64,000 bases of DNA, taken from Chlorokybus atmophyticus (Eukaryota; Plantae; Mesostigma and Chlorokybus algae). The stretch spans positions 594,110 to 658,109 of the forward strand of contig RHPI01003488.1 of the NCBI GenBank assembly GCA_009103225.1, in the 5' to 3' direction. The notes under the pieces were generated by a model, which did no database searches, was not told the origin of the DNA, and worked only from the letters and a program-made list of their open reading frames with translations. Each line of letters starts with the position of its first letter. The first letter of the stretch is position 1. The translations under genes and the position numbers were made by a program. Shown here in pieces: positions 10,142-22,279 of the stretch.

Positions 10142-13100
10142 NNNNNNNNNNNNNNNNNNNNNNNNNNNNNNNNNNNNNNNNNNNNNNNNNNNNNNNNNNN
10201 NNNNNNNNNNNNNNNNNNNNNNNNNNNNNNNNNNNNNNNNNNNNNNNNNNNNNNNNNNNNNNNNNNNNNNNNNNNNNNNNNNNNNNNNNNNNNNNNNNNN
10301 NNNNNNNNNNNNNNNNNNNNNNNNNNNNNNNNNNNNNNNNNNNNNNNNNNNNNNNNNNNCCGCCCCCCCCCCCCCGCGTCACAAGTTAGTGTTGGACTAG
10401 GTGTTAGTTTGAGTGTTGCAGCAAGCATAGTCAAGGAGCTTCAGCGCCACACGTTTGTAGTCAAAATTCCGCATTATCCTATAAGCGTGGCTGGCAACTG
10501 AGCTGACACGGTGTGTGACTTAGCCCAATACTGAACGTGCCAACAACAAAAGCCAAGTGCATGCCAGCAAACGACAAGCCACAGTGAGTATTGCCCCCAT
10601 GCTGCCGCACCATCACATTGCGCTTGTCGGGTAGCATGCATGCAGCTTATAGCATGCTGCCTGCAGGCAAACGTTACTATGGCTGCAAAGGGTTGCCAGA
10701 ATGCGATCCGTAAGCCGATGAAGAAACGGAAGCAGTGCTCCAAGGATGGTGGTCGCAGCTGTGTTGAGCAGGTGCAACCACCCCCGGCTGCCACAGTGAC
10801 AGAGGCGTGTGGCAACCAGCACCGAGTGAAGCGGAGTAGGCGTGACCAAGTCGGACATCGCGAGCCGGAGAACGCATGTGTAGCTAGTCTGCCCCATCTG
10901 CCAGCTGTGCCGGCACTTGCACAGCATCTACGCTTGAACGCAGCAGAGGCAGCAGAAATTGTTGCAAAGGAGCAGCTTGAAGCGGCTGCTCTGGCGTATG
11001 CAAGTGCTCAGGTGCGACATGTCTTACATTGTGTATCCCCTACATATGTGCGTTTCAGCTGGCGAGCGTTTATCCAAGTTGTGCATGGGCAGGAACGCAT
11101 GAAGCAATTGAGGCTCGAAATTGAGAGAGCGCGTCAGTCAACACCGATGCCACCAGCAGCGGACTCTCCAAGAATAGCCATGGTTGGACCCCAACGCAAG
11201 GCGCAACCGCAAGCAGCAACCCCATCGGCACCAGAGGTAAGACCGCTGTTAGTTGGGCGCTGCATATGCCTGCTACTGCTCAAGTTTACAGTCACTGCCA
11301 TTAGTCCTTGCCAGAAGCAGCGTGGCGACCAAACATGCTGCTTTGTTGACAGATTGGTGCACGTGAGGGCGTCAAGACCCCGTGTGACGAAGCGAGTTCG
11401 TCATTTGCACAGCAGGCTCTGCACCGGCATCTGTTTACTGCGAATAGTGACCCAAAAGTTCAGAGTCCCACGCAATCTGCAAGCAATCTGTTATCGTTTG
11501 TGCCATCTACCATAGAGACTGGATGCAGTGGACAACCACACGCAGATCACCACGCTCAGGAGGACATTGAAGCGTGTGCTGATTCGGGCATGTTACCAGA
11601 AGCGGGCGTGCAGGCACGATCTGCAGGAGACATTGCCGCAACTCTTCGAACGCAGGTGCTTCTAGTAACTGTACTTGTTGCCATGCATAAAAACGCTGTC
11701 TGTTGACAAGCCATGGCTTATAGCAAGTGCAAGTCATCTGGCTTCTGCGATGTTACCTGCTATGTTGCTCAGTCATGGTGTCAACAGGAAGCTGCCTGCG
11801 GTGATTCTGAACATCAAGCCGCTCCGAACAGCGTGGATCAAGGGAAAGACTGGCGACAGCAAGCAGCCGTGCTGGATGGCGATGGGCAATCTGTTGCTGC
11901 AGAGCTGCCTACACGAGCAGCGTCGCCTGCACCAATGCTTCAGCCACCTCAACGCCAAAGGCAGGCGCAGAGGGAGACATCAGCTGCACACGGCAACCTA
12001 CAAACCTCTCAGAAGCCCGCTATGGCATCAAGGGCGGAGGACGCTGTTCCCATACCACATGCCGTCGCACAGGATGCAGTAGTAGCTGGGCACAGCCAGT
12101 CCATGCTCGCACCTGGCAGTGGACGAGCCAGCGACACACATGTGCCATCTGCTGCTTGTGATCAGGTGCAGGCAGAGGGGGAGCGATGCCACGCTGGCCA
12201 GACCTGCAGCCCAAGTCTTGGCCTGGCGAGTCCAGCGCAAACCACACATGTTCGCCAAGCTGCCAAGGCTGTCAGCGACATCCAGGTTAGTCACCGGCAT
12301 TGTTGCAACAGCGTTGTTGGCGGCACTGGTTGCGCAAGCCTGTTTCAACAGCAGACAATGTTGTGCCCCCTTGCCTATTCTCTCGACTTGCTGTCACAGG
12401 GCACTGCGATGCGTGACGATGCGCCTCCGCCGCCGCCGCCTCACCCTGAGACACATACGTCTGCTGGCACAGCAGCAGCAGAACTGCTGAACAGCTGTCA
12501 ACACACGCCACGAAAAACCAAGCGCGCGCAGCAAACTAACAACGCGCTGCCAATGGAGGCAAGTTCCATGGAGGCTTTGAACAGAGTTTGCAACGCGCCC
12601 ATCTGCAGGGGAAGCCAGGGGGCTCTTCCGTATGCTCTAGGCAATGCTACCAACGCAAGGGCGTTGGCGCGGCGGGCTAGGAGCCGCACAGGGGGCGATC
12701 GCAGCGCGAGCAATGAGCTCCCGCCTGCAGCTGCCAATAAGCGTGGCGTTCAGGAGGCGGATGCATGCCGACGTGTGTTTGCCGAAACCTCGGCGGCCGG
12801 GGCAAGACGGCAGGCGCATGCCAGTGCGCAGCAGGATGCGCAGGGGCAGAGGACTCCGAACGTGCGCAGGCCGGTGGTGCTGCCCAGTCGCATCCCTGCG
12901 GTTAACGACACCATCGTAATCGTAGTCGACTCTGACTCTGAGCCAGTGTTACAGCCCTCCCATGCCGAGAACAACGATGTCGCGTCCCGTCTAAAGGGTG
13001 GCTCGCCACAATCGGGCAAGCGCTGCCGACTGGTGAGACTCAGTGCCTCGCAACAGCAGCCGCACGCGGAAGCAGCAGGCTTGCATCCGGTGGCGAAGGC

Positions 13101-14260
13101 TGCTGTTGAGGCGGATGCTGGCGCTGCGGGTGCAACCATGGAGACCATGCCGGATCCATGTCTGTGGTGTAGCGAGGCTGTCGACCGGATGGTGGAGCTG
13201 CCATGCGGACACGAGTTCCACATACCTTGCGTCTGCAACTGGTTGATCAATTGCCAGAACACGTGAGTGGCAGCAGGCTCGTGCATTGCAGTAGTGGGCA
13301 GTGTGCTGTCTGTTGACTCTGTGGTTTGTCATGCAGGTGCCCTCAGTGTCGGGCCCGAATCACGGATGTCGGCAGCCGGTAAGTAGCAGGGTGCTGAAGC
13401 TCTTTCTTCTTCCCGTGCTCGTACTCACTGCCATCGCCGCAGACACGTGCCCTTCATAAACCAGCGTGAGGCAACGGACGCGGATCAATTGCACTTGACA
13501 AGGACGGCACAGGAACTGCAACTGAGCTGCATGGTGTGTAGCCGACGCAGTCAGTCGAAGTCTGACGAAGCCAGCTTTCTGCTATGTGATGGATGCCGCA
13601 CAGGCGCTCACTTCCAGTGCATCGGGCTTCCCACTGCTACCTTTCCAGTAAGCATTGGCAACTCGCGTTGTCTACTCAAACATGGCCTTCACAAGTGTTG
13701 CACTTTGAGTGGCCTGTGCTGTGTTGCCTGATGTCAATCTGACGTGTTTACTTGCCTGCTGCTGTGGTGCAGGGTGGATGGTTTTGTGACAGCTGCTACA
13801 TCTCTGGGACTGCTCACCAGATGGAGCCGTGTGCAAGCTGCAAAATCAACAAGTGCACGGCCCTTGAGTGTCGCTGGGTGAGTGGAACAATGCAAGCGCA
13901 TTCCTCGCATTGCATTGGGTCGCTTTGCTGAGACGCAGATTCACTACAATAAGCCATCTTTGTTTGCAGTTTCATGGTCATGATGCGCCACCATTCAACT
14001 GGTTCTACTACCGCGACATGCATGATCCAGTTACGCAAGGAAACCCTGACCGCCGCGCGCGTGCGCCTGCACCTGCCACGCGCGCGAAAAGAGTCAAGCT
14101 TGTGGATGGACTTGGCCCTTGCATGCGGTGCAAGCAACAGCGCAAGGGTGCAAAGCACTGCCGACTGGTATGTGGCTCCGTCGTGTTTTGTGTGCAGTGC
14201 ACTCAATGCGCAGCTAACACCTCCTTACAGAAGGCAAAACATCCGTCAACCATGTTGTGA
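9779..14260 (+). CDS. multi-exon RING-H2 + PHD finger protein (PHRF1-like domain order) with C-terminal Cys clusters; 5' end uncertain
   Basis: Spliced RING-H2 CLWC..LPCGHEFHIPC..WL..T|CPQCR (13156-13378), PHD CMVC..LLCDGCRTGAHFQC..FP|GWFCDSC (13530-13800), Cys motifs CASCKINKC and CMRCKQQRKGAKHC, and a SIM-like IVIVVDSDSE. GT-AG introns. The N-terminal exons cross an N gap and are poorly defined. Confidence 0.75.
10066..10376. other. poly-C run plus assembly gap (N 10142-10359)
   Basis: C homopolymer flanking Ns. Similar structures at 22649-22949, 55086-55236, 58919-59011 and 62090-62200. Confidence 0.95.
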
Positions 14261-15198
14261 AGAGTGGCAGTGGCTTCAGTCCTGTCTGCAGAGATCAGGT
14301 TGCTTGTAGTCTCAAGAACATGTTCCGATTAGAGTGCAGTTGCAAACAGCTTCTAGTGTGACCATGTGTTTGCGCGAGAAACTGTCAGGTAGCAGCGGGA
14401 CAGCTTGTGTTTCTCAAAGCCGTCTGTGTATGTGAAATCATGTCGGGAGCTTATCTGTGCTCGTGACCCTCCAAAACCCAACCATGCAGTCTTGAATTTG
14501 ACATTGTTCTACTACATTGCATACTACACTAGTAGTGCAAACCATCAGATTAAAAGTCATCAGTGTTGATACAACAGCATGCAAGCCAGCGCATTCAGGC
14601 AGGCGGGTGGTAGGATCAGGATACGTTGCATTTGACACAACCACATACAATGAACCAAGGCTCATTAGGCACAAATGCAAGGAGGATCCACAGCATAGCA
14701 CCATCAGTGCAGTCTGATAGCATTTCAACAACTAAACATGTCGCACATCACCATCACCTGCCACACCTGGCAGTGTAGTCCCACAAAGCTCCGAACAGCA
14801 CTGGAGGCACCGTCAGATAAATGATCCTTGCAAACGTGCAGGGGTTTGAGGCAACGAAACAGCCAGCCAACCTGCAGAGCATGGCACATGGGCGAGGCTG
14901 TGGCAGGGATTGGGAGTATTGCGTGCATGCGCTCGCAGTTGAGAGGGCTGGCCATTGCTGCTGGCAGCTTACAAACTGTTTCGCGTGCAGTATGCTGTGG
15001 CCGCGTGCGTATGTGTATGAGTTTAATTTACATGTATATGAGTCTAATGCAGTATGTGCCATGCCGTGTGTGGTTCCCTTCCATTTTTCAGGTTTATGCA
15101 CAAGGTGGATAGAATGCAGCAGACGCACTTCGTGTGTCAGCAATTGCAGTGCATGTGGTGTAATGAGCGAGCGTGCAACCACCTGTGCGTGTGCCCGC

Positions 15199-17131
15199 AT
15201 TGAAGACTGAGACCACGACAAGGGGCATGACAGAGACAGACAGACAGACAGACAGAGCGCGCGTGTTCCTGAGTGAGGGAGGTGAGAGCGTCTGGCCCAC
15301 TGAAGGTCGTTCCGCAGCAGTGGGACTTGGGCAGCACGCGCTCCTGCACCGCCTCGTCGTGCAAACCCCTCGACGCCCGCCACAACCACGTGCTGTGTGG
15401 CGTTGCAAAGGGTGAGCAGTGGTTGACATAAGCGTCCAATGCAGTGAGTGCGCGTCGCACGTCGCGCGCAACCAACACATTGGGCATACTCTCACCCAGT
15501 GTTCTGTGCAAACAGCGACTGCAGCCGGTCTTTGCTCACGCGCGCCAGCTCGCCAATGGTGCCGATCTCCAGCTGCTCTACAATGACCGCTCCCAGCTTC
15601 CCACCCAGCTGTTTGCTGCCGTGACACAACATGTTGTCTCAACAAGTCCGGGACATCAAAGGATATACGCCTTGCTGCTTACAGCTTTTGCACGGGCAAG
15701 CCTTTGAGCAGAGCCTCATCTGCGTCGCTGGGCACGACAGTCTGCTGGTTGGGCTTGTGCATGCCGCTGGCCATCTTCGCCAGCATCTGCGAGGGGAGGA
15801 TTGCCTTGAGCTCTCGTTCAGCTCTCATGCGCGCGTGCACGCACGCATGCGCGTACCCACGCATGCACATCTATGCATATACAGCCTCTGGTACGTCGAC
15901 CGTCATCCCACACGCCGCACCTTGTTGTGCGCGATGCCGGCGGAGCAGGTGAAGCCCGTCTCGGCCAGCACGGCCGCACGCGCCTCCGCTATCAACGCCG
16001 CACCCGCCGCCGCGTGTCGGTTCTCCCCGACGGCGTGCACCAGCCAGTCTGCGGCCCCTCTCAACCTCACCTCCCTGCACAGGAAAACCATTGATGATCA
16101 GAAAGTAGCTACTCATATAGAATCTGTGTCTGTGCGTGCTCACGTTGGCTGCAAGGATGTGGGATTGCAGAACGGGTGCGGGGATGGGAAGCAGGGTGTC
16201 CACTGACTTGTTGGCCTGCAATCTGGTGGCGGCTGCCTTTGTGAGGTCGAGATACACCTCGTCGATGGACGCGCGCTCGCATCGGCCCAGTCTTCTGAGT
16301 ACATTGATGACCTGATCACCAACCATGGGCATTGTCGTCATGAGCAATCGTCGCACATGGTTGCGCGGTGCCAAGCATACCACATCCCAATGGAGGTTAA
16401 CACATACCTCAGTTCCGGCGTCGCGGTAGATCGTGAGGTCAGCTTTGCCATGAGCCATTGGTACCTGCACAGCGTGCGTATTCTTCAAGGCTGTATCGAA
16501 CTTGCAATCTCCAGCGCGTGTGTGCATGCTTCCCTAAATGTGCCCATGGATGGGTGTGCGTGCAAGCGGGTGGGTGCGTGCGTGTTGCGCGCGTGCAAGG
16601 TGGCGCTTGAGGTGGCGTGTACATGTAGCAAACAGATGCCAAAGAGCTATGGTGAAACACTTACCGAGACCAACTCCAGATCAGGGCGTTTTTCACGCGC
16701 TTCGTCACCCTGCATATTACTGCAGCATAGTAGTAAGACAGCTACTGTTGGACAAAACAGCAGCAGCGTGCAATCCTCAGTGGTGGCGTACATGATGCTG
16801 CATGCAAGTTGACATGGCATGCAGCATCACTCCGCAACAACATTGCAAGCCAACAATGCGTGGGTAGATTGCCCCAGTGATACAGACATGTGTGCGCGTG
16901 CCAACCGTGTGACGCCTTTGGCACGGGCTTCGTAGTCGACAGCGATGAGCCCACCACCACGAAATTTCTTGTACTGCTTCACCGCTGTGGGCCTGTGGGC
17001 AACGATACCACCACAGTTGGCTAAAAGTGTGAATGCAAACAAATAAGACAATTGCTGCATGCACACCTGCCCTTGAGTTCGGGTTGCAGTCGCTGCGCAT
17101 ACTGGACATAAAAGCAATCCAGGTGCGCCAT
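15199..17131 (-). pseudogene. POLH: truncated duplicate of DNA polymerase eta
   Basis: Exon-by-exon near-identical to 19593-21490 (ASIDEVYLDLT, SAGIAHNK, MLAKMASGMHKPNQQT). Lacks the true start, most of the little finger, and the UBM and PIP exons. Confidence 0.9.
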
Positions 17132-17782
17132 GCAGGTGCTTTTAGTAACTGTACTTGTCGCCATGCATAAAACGCTGTCTGTTTACAAGCCATTTCTGCC
17201 TTGCAGCCTTGTCAACTTGCAATAGCAAATACAAGTTGACAACGTCATCTGGCTTCTGCGATGTTACCTGCTATGTTGTTCAGTCATGGTGTCAACAGGA
17301 AGCTGCCTGTGGTGATTCTGAACATCAAGCCGCTCCGAACGGCGTGGATCAAGGGAAAGGCCGGCGACAGCAAGCAGCCGTGCCGGATGGCGATGGGCAA
17401 TCTGTTGCTGCAGAGCTGCCTACACGAGCAGCGTCGCCTGCACCAATGCTTCAGCCACAGCCTCTACACCAAAGGCAGGCGCAGAGGGAGACATCAGCTG
17501 CACACGGCAACCTACAAACCTCTCCGAAGCCCGCTATGGCATCAAGGGCGGAGGACGCTGTTTCCACACCACATGCCGTCGCACAGGATGCAGTAGTAGC
17601 TGGGCACAGCCAGTCCATGCCCGCACCTGGCAGTGGACGAGCCGGCGACACACGTGTGCCATCTGCTGCTTGTGATCGGGTGCAGGCAGAGGGGGAGCGA
17701 TGCCACGCTGGCCAGACCTGCAGCCCAGGTCTTGGCCTGGCGAGTCCAGCGCAAACCACACGTGTTCGCCAAGGCTGTCAGC
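17132..17782 (+). repeat. duplicated fragment of the RING-PHD gene (copy of ~11652-12279)
   Basis: ORF 17155-17994 repeats SSGFCDVTCYV..QSWCQQEAACGDSEHQAAPN...PAQTT from ORF 11713-13266. Confidence 0.92.
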
Positions 17783-18305
17783 GACAGGTTGGTCGCCCGC
17801 CATTGTTTGCACACATGGCCCTGCTTACGGCCGCGCACACCTTCACCTCCTGGTGTAGTGGTTGGGGCTTCCAATGGTGCGGGGTCACAAGTATCGTATC
17901 ACCAGCAATGGCAACAATCCCAATGCGAGTGCACGTCAGGAACCTACAACACACATCAGGACCACACAGCCGCAACAGCCATGCCGCTGCATGAAATGCA
18001 CGCCTTGGCCTAGTCTGTTTCGCAGCAGGATGGCTGCACCAGTGTGCTACCAGCCGGCAGTTGTGTGGACAGCAACCTGGGGGTGGTGCATCAGCTCTGA
18101 TTGCTGTTGGCTTAGTATGAAACACAGCCCAACCTATACTCCAATGCATGATACTCAATGCGCATACATGTAAATATCTTGATGGTGGTGAATGCTTGGG
18201 CGCGTGTATGTGAATGTTGCATGTGCAGCAACAGAGTGCGCATATATGTCAGCATGTATGATGCAGCACCCTGTATACACCCCTAACATCTGGCAAAGCT
18301 ATGAA

Positions 18306-21300
18306 TCATGTAATGCGCGAAAAGTAGTCTTCGAGCGATTGCGATTTGCGTCTCTTTGATGCGGCAGCTGATGGCAACGCCTCAGCGTCGTCACCGGCAG
18401 CATCGACAGCACCACCATGAGCGGGAAGATGCGCAGCAGCTGTGGTAAAGTACTGCTTAATGCCACCTTTCAGCGGGATCGCTTTGGTACCATGGGTGCT
18501 CTTGCTGCTGTTGTTCACCCCTGTGGAGTTGCTGATATCTGCAGAGGAGGGACCAGCTCTGTTCTGCTGCTGCACGCGCAGAGCCGCGCGCAGCTCCCGC
18601 TGCAGCTCCTCCGGCAGCTCCGCCATCACGCTCTCATCGAGTTCGGCCTCGTCGTATGGAAATGGCACAGGCACTGCCTTGACGGGCGTTGCTGACTGCC
18701 GCTGGGCGGGCGACTGTTGTTGTGGGATACAATGCGGGTCGCCATGAGGAGTGTTGTCATCAACACCTGTGGAGGCAGCAGACTGTTCCCGCGGTGATGA
18801 TAGCTCGGCATCTGGTCTTGTGGATTGTAGGAACCTTGACATCACGCTTGGGTCCTGAGTACACAAGCCACCGGCCGAGTCACGCTTCAAAACGCTCATC
18901 ATGTCATCAGAGAAAATAAAACAACAATGTGGGAATGGCGCCAGATACTGCAGCGTTGGTTGCGCAGTGCAGGCGTGTAATGTAAACAATCGTGCTTTTG
19001 CGTATGCGCACGTGTGTCTGTGCATGCTGTGCGCATGTGCGTACATATGTTCGCATGCGCGCATCTCTATGCGTGTGTGTGCTCGTATGCTAGTGAACAT
19101 GCCTGTGCAAAGATGCAGTTGCTTGTATACCAAGAACGACACCGCTATGTGTCCACATTGCATCACGCATGTGACACAACTCGCTCACCGCGCCAGCAGG
19201 GGCCATCCCGGTGGCGGCGATGAACATGGAGGTGACCCCCCAGCCTGCGGTGTTGGGCGCAAGCATCTTGCGTGCGCACGCAAAGGCGTCCGCAGCCAAG
19301 CCCTCCGCTCCAGCAGAAGTCCTCAGCGGGCACGACCGTGACTGCGACTTCCCGCTCGGCTCCTCAGCCTGTACATGAGACATAGTGATTGTTTGTCATG
19401 TCGCTGCGTCACACACGCACCAGGAGCCAACCACACAGTGTGAAGGTGAACCTCGTACGTTGGAGAAGGTGATTTGGGTTGTAAGGAGGCGGCCCGTACG
19501 GCCGTGCTGCTGGAAATCCGCGGTCAGGCGCTCGTCCAGCTCCTGTGCCAGCTCCCCAAGCCAGTATCCCACCTGATGTGTGTCACTCAAGTATTGAAGA
19601 TCAAGACAACGACAAGGGGCATCACAGAGACAGAGCGCGCGTGCCTGGGTAAGGGAGGTGAGGGTGTCGGGCCCCCTAAAGGTCTTTCCGCAGCTGTGGG
19701 ACTTGGGCAGCACGCGCTCCTGCACCGCCTCGTCGTGCAAACCCCGCGACGCCCGCCACAGCCATGTGCTGCGTGACAATGCAAAGGGTGGGCAGATGTT
19801 CACACAAATTGCCCATGCAGTGAGCGCGAGTTGTTCGTTGCATCCGACATGTTGGGCAAGCACTCACCCAGTGTTCTGTCCAAACAGCGACTGCAGCCGG
19901 TCTTCGCGCACTCGCGCCAGCTCGCCGATGGTGCCGATCCCCAGCTGCTCCACGATGGCCGCACCTAGCTTCCCACCCAGCTGTTTGCTGCCGTGACACA
20001 ACATGTCATCTCAACAACTTGTGAACAACCGCATGCCGTCATGCTTACAGCTTTTTCACGGGCAGGTCTTTGAGTAGTGCCTCGACCGCGTCGCTGGGCA
20101 CGACAGTCTGCTGGTTGGGCTTGTGCATACCGCTGGCCATCTTCGCCAGCATCTGCGAGGGGAGCGGTTGGTCTTGCGCATACGCGCGAACGCATACACA
20201 TCTCCACGCATGCACACATCCAGCCTCTGGTACGATGACCGTTATCCCACACGCCGCACCTTGTTGTGCGCGATGCCGGCGGAGCAGGTGAAGCCCGTCT
20301 CGGCCAGCACGGCCGCACGCGCCTCCGCTATCAACGCCGCACCCGCCGCCACGTGTCGGTTCTCCCCGACGGCGTGCACCAGCCAGTCTGCGGCCCTCTC
20401 AACCTCACCTCCCTGCACAGGAAAACCATTGATGATCAGAAAATAGCTACTCATATAGAATCTGTGTCTGTGCGTGCTCACGTTGGCTGCAAGGATGTGG
20501 GATTGCAGAACGGGTGCGGGGATGGGAAGCAGGGCGTCCACTGACTTGTTGGCCTGCAATCTGGTGGCGGCTGCCTCTGTGAGGTCGAGATACACCTCGT
20601 CGATGGACGCGCGCTCGCATCGGCCCAGTCTTCGGAGTACACTGATGACCTGATCACCAACCATGGGCATTGTCGTCATGAGCACTCGTCGCACATGGTT
20701 GCACGGTGCCAAGCATACCACATCCCAATGGAGGTCAACACATACCTCAGTTCCGGCGTCGCGGTAGATCGTGAGGTCAGCTTTGCCGTGAGCCATTGGT
20801 ACCTGCACAGCGTGCGTATTCTTAAAGGCTGTATCGGATTTGCAATCTCTAGCGCGTGTGTGCATGCTTCCCTAAATGTGCCCATGGATGGGTGTGCGTG
20901 CAAGCGGGTGGGTGCGTGCGTGTTGCGCGCATTCAAGGTGGCGCTTGAGGTGGCGTGTAGATGTAGCAAACAGATGCCAAAGAGCTATGGTGAAACACTG
21001 ACCGAGACCAACTCCAGATCAGGGCATTTCTCACGCGCTTCGTCACCCCGCATATTACTGCAGCATAGTAGTAAGACAGCTACTGTTGGGCGCGACAGCA
21101 GCAGCGTGCAATCCTCAGTGGTGGCGTACATGATGCTGCATGCAAGTTGACACGGCATGCAGCATCACTCCACAACAACATTGCAAGCCAACAATGCGTC
21201 GGTAGATTGCCCCAGTGATAGAGACATGTGTGCGCGTGCCAACCGTGTGACGCCTTTGGCACGGGCTTCGTAGCCGACAGCGATGAGCCCGCCACCACGA

Positions 21301-21556
21301 AAGTTCTTGTACTGCTTCACCGCTGTGGGCCTGTGGGCGTGTGCAACATCATTATCGCATCAGTTGTGCTGAGTGCAGCAGAGTACACGTGAATCGATAG
21401 GAGAGTGGCGCACGCACACCTGCCCTTGAGTTCTGGTTGAAGCCGCTGTGCGACCTGGACATAGAAGCAGTCCAGATCCAGATGCGCCACCACGCGCATC
21501 GTGCGCTGTTGATGTTGATGACCATCACTCGCGGGAGGTGAGGCGGCATGCGCCAT
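18306..21556 (-). CDS. POLH: DNA polymerase eta (Y-family), multi-exon, apparently intact
   Basis: VAHLDLDCFYVQVAQR, AVKQY..GGGLIAVGYEARAKGVTRNMRGDEA..CPDL, RASIDEVYLD, SAGIAHNKMLAKMASGMHKPNQQT, KSHSCGKTF, UBM (ELDESVMAELPEELQREL) and C-terminal PIP-like QSLEDYF. Confidence 0.93.
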
Positions 21557-22279
21557 GACTGGCGCAAGAGCAGATCGGTTGTAGCCTCCAAATGGCTACT
21601 GTCGATCAGGTTAGAGTTGAAACTTCCTATCCCTGTCTGACTTCACTACACAACGCTAGCATTTTTGTGTCCTGCTTCTGGCTGTGTGTGTGCACCCGGC
21701 AGCTTGAAGACATGTTTCCCTAACAGCCCGCGCCTCGCCTACATGACACTGCGTTGCTGTTGCTCAAAACGCAGCCTCGTTGGGCTTCAGGCATGGCGTT
21801 GAAGACTCAGCTGCCGTGGATGACCAGGCAGCAACCACCAACATGCAGGAGGTGGCCTGGTGAGCCTGGTACACCTGGTCTGGCCTGGCCTGCTGGCGCA
21901 GTAAAGTCATGCATCTGGCGCTTGCAATATTTGCGATTTGACTCCTTCATGGAGCGCTTCCGCCGCCTCCGCCTCCGCCTTCGACTTCGCCGCCTTCCCT
22001 AACAACGACGATAAGGATACAGCGCAGGATATGAACACTGTTGCCTTGAGCGGCGGCCCCGGCGGCGGCTTGAGGCTTACCTCGTTGGCTGTCAACACCT
22101 TGACTTACTGACGATTAATTTCTCAGCAGCGTCAATGACTCTCGGCTTCTAGAAAGTAGTAGTAGCTGATGTGAACACTGGTCACATACGCATATACAAG
22201 CAGCGTGATGATGGAGAACGGCGAGGTCGGCGACTGCATGAGCTTGCCGGGTAAGGGTGGAGGACAGGAGCGGCATGCC

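Noticed and set aside
9931-10501. Poly-Pro/poly-Gly ORFs (also 22571-23146, 54981-55352, 58485-59257)
   Set aside because: Products of homopolymer runs and N gaps.
21590-22100. Small gene between POLH and ADAL (MATVDQ|LEDMFP, CUE-like)
   Set aside because: An immediate stop follows the motif and there is no coherent ORF; insufficient support.
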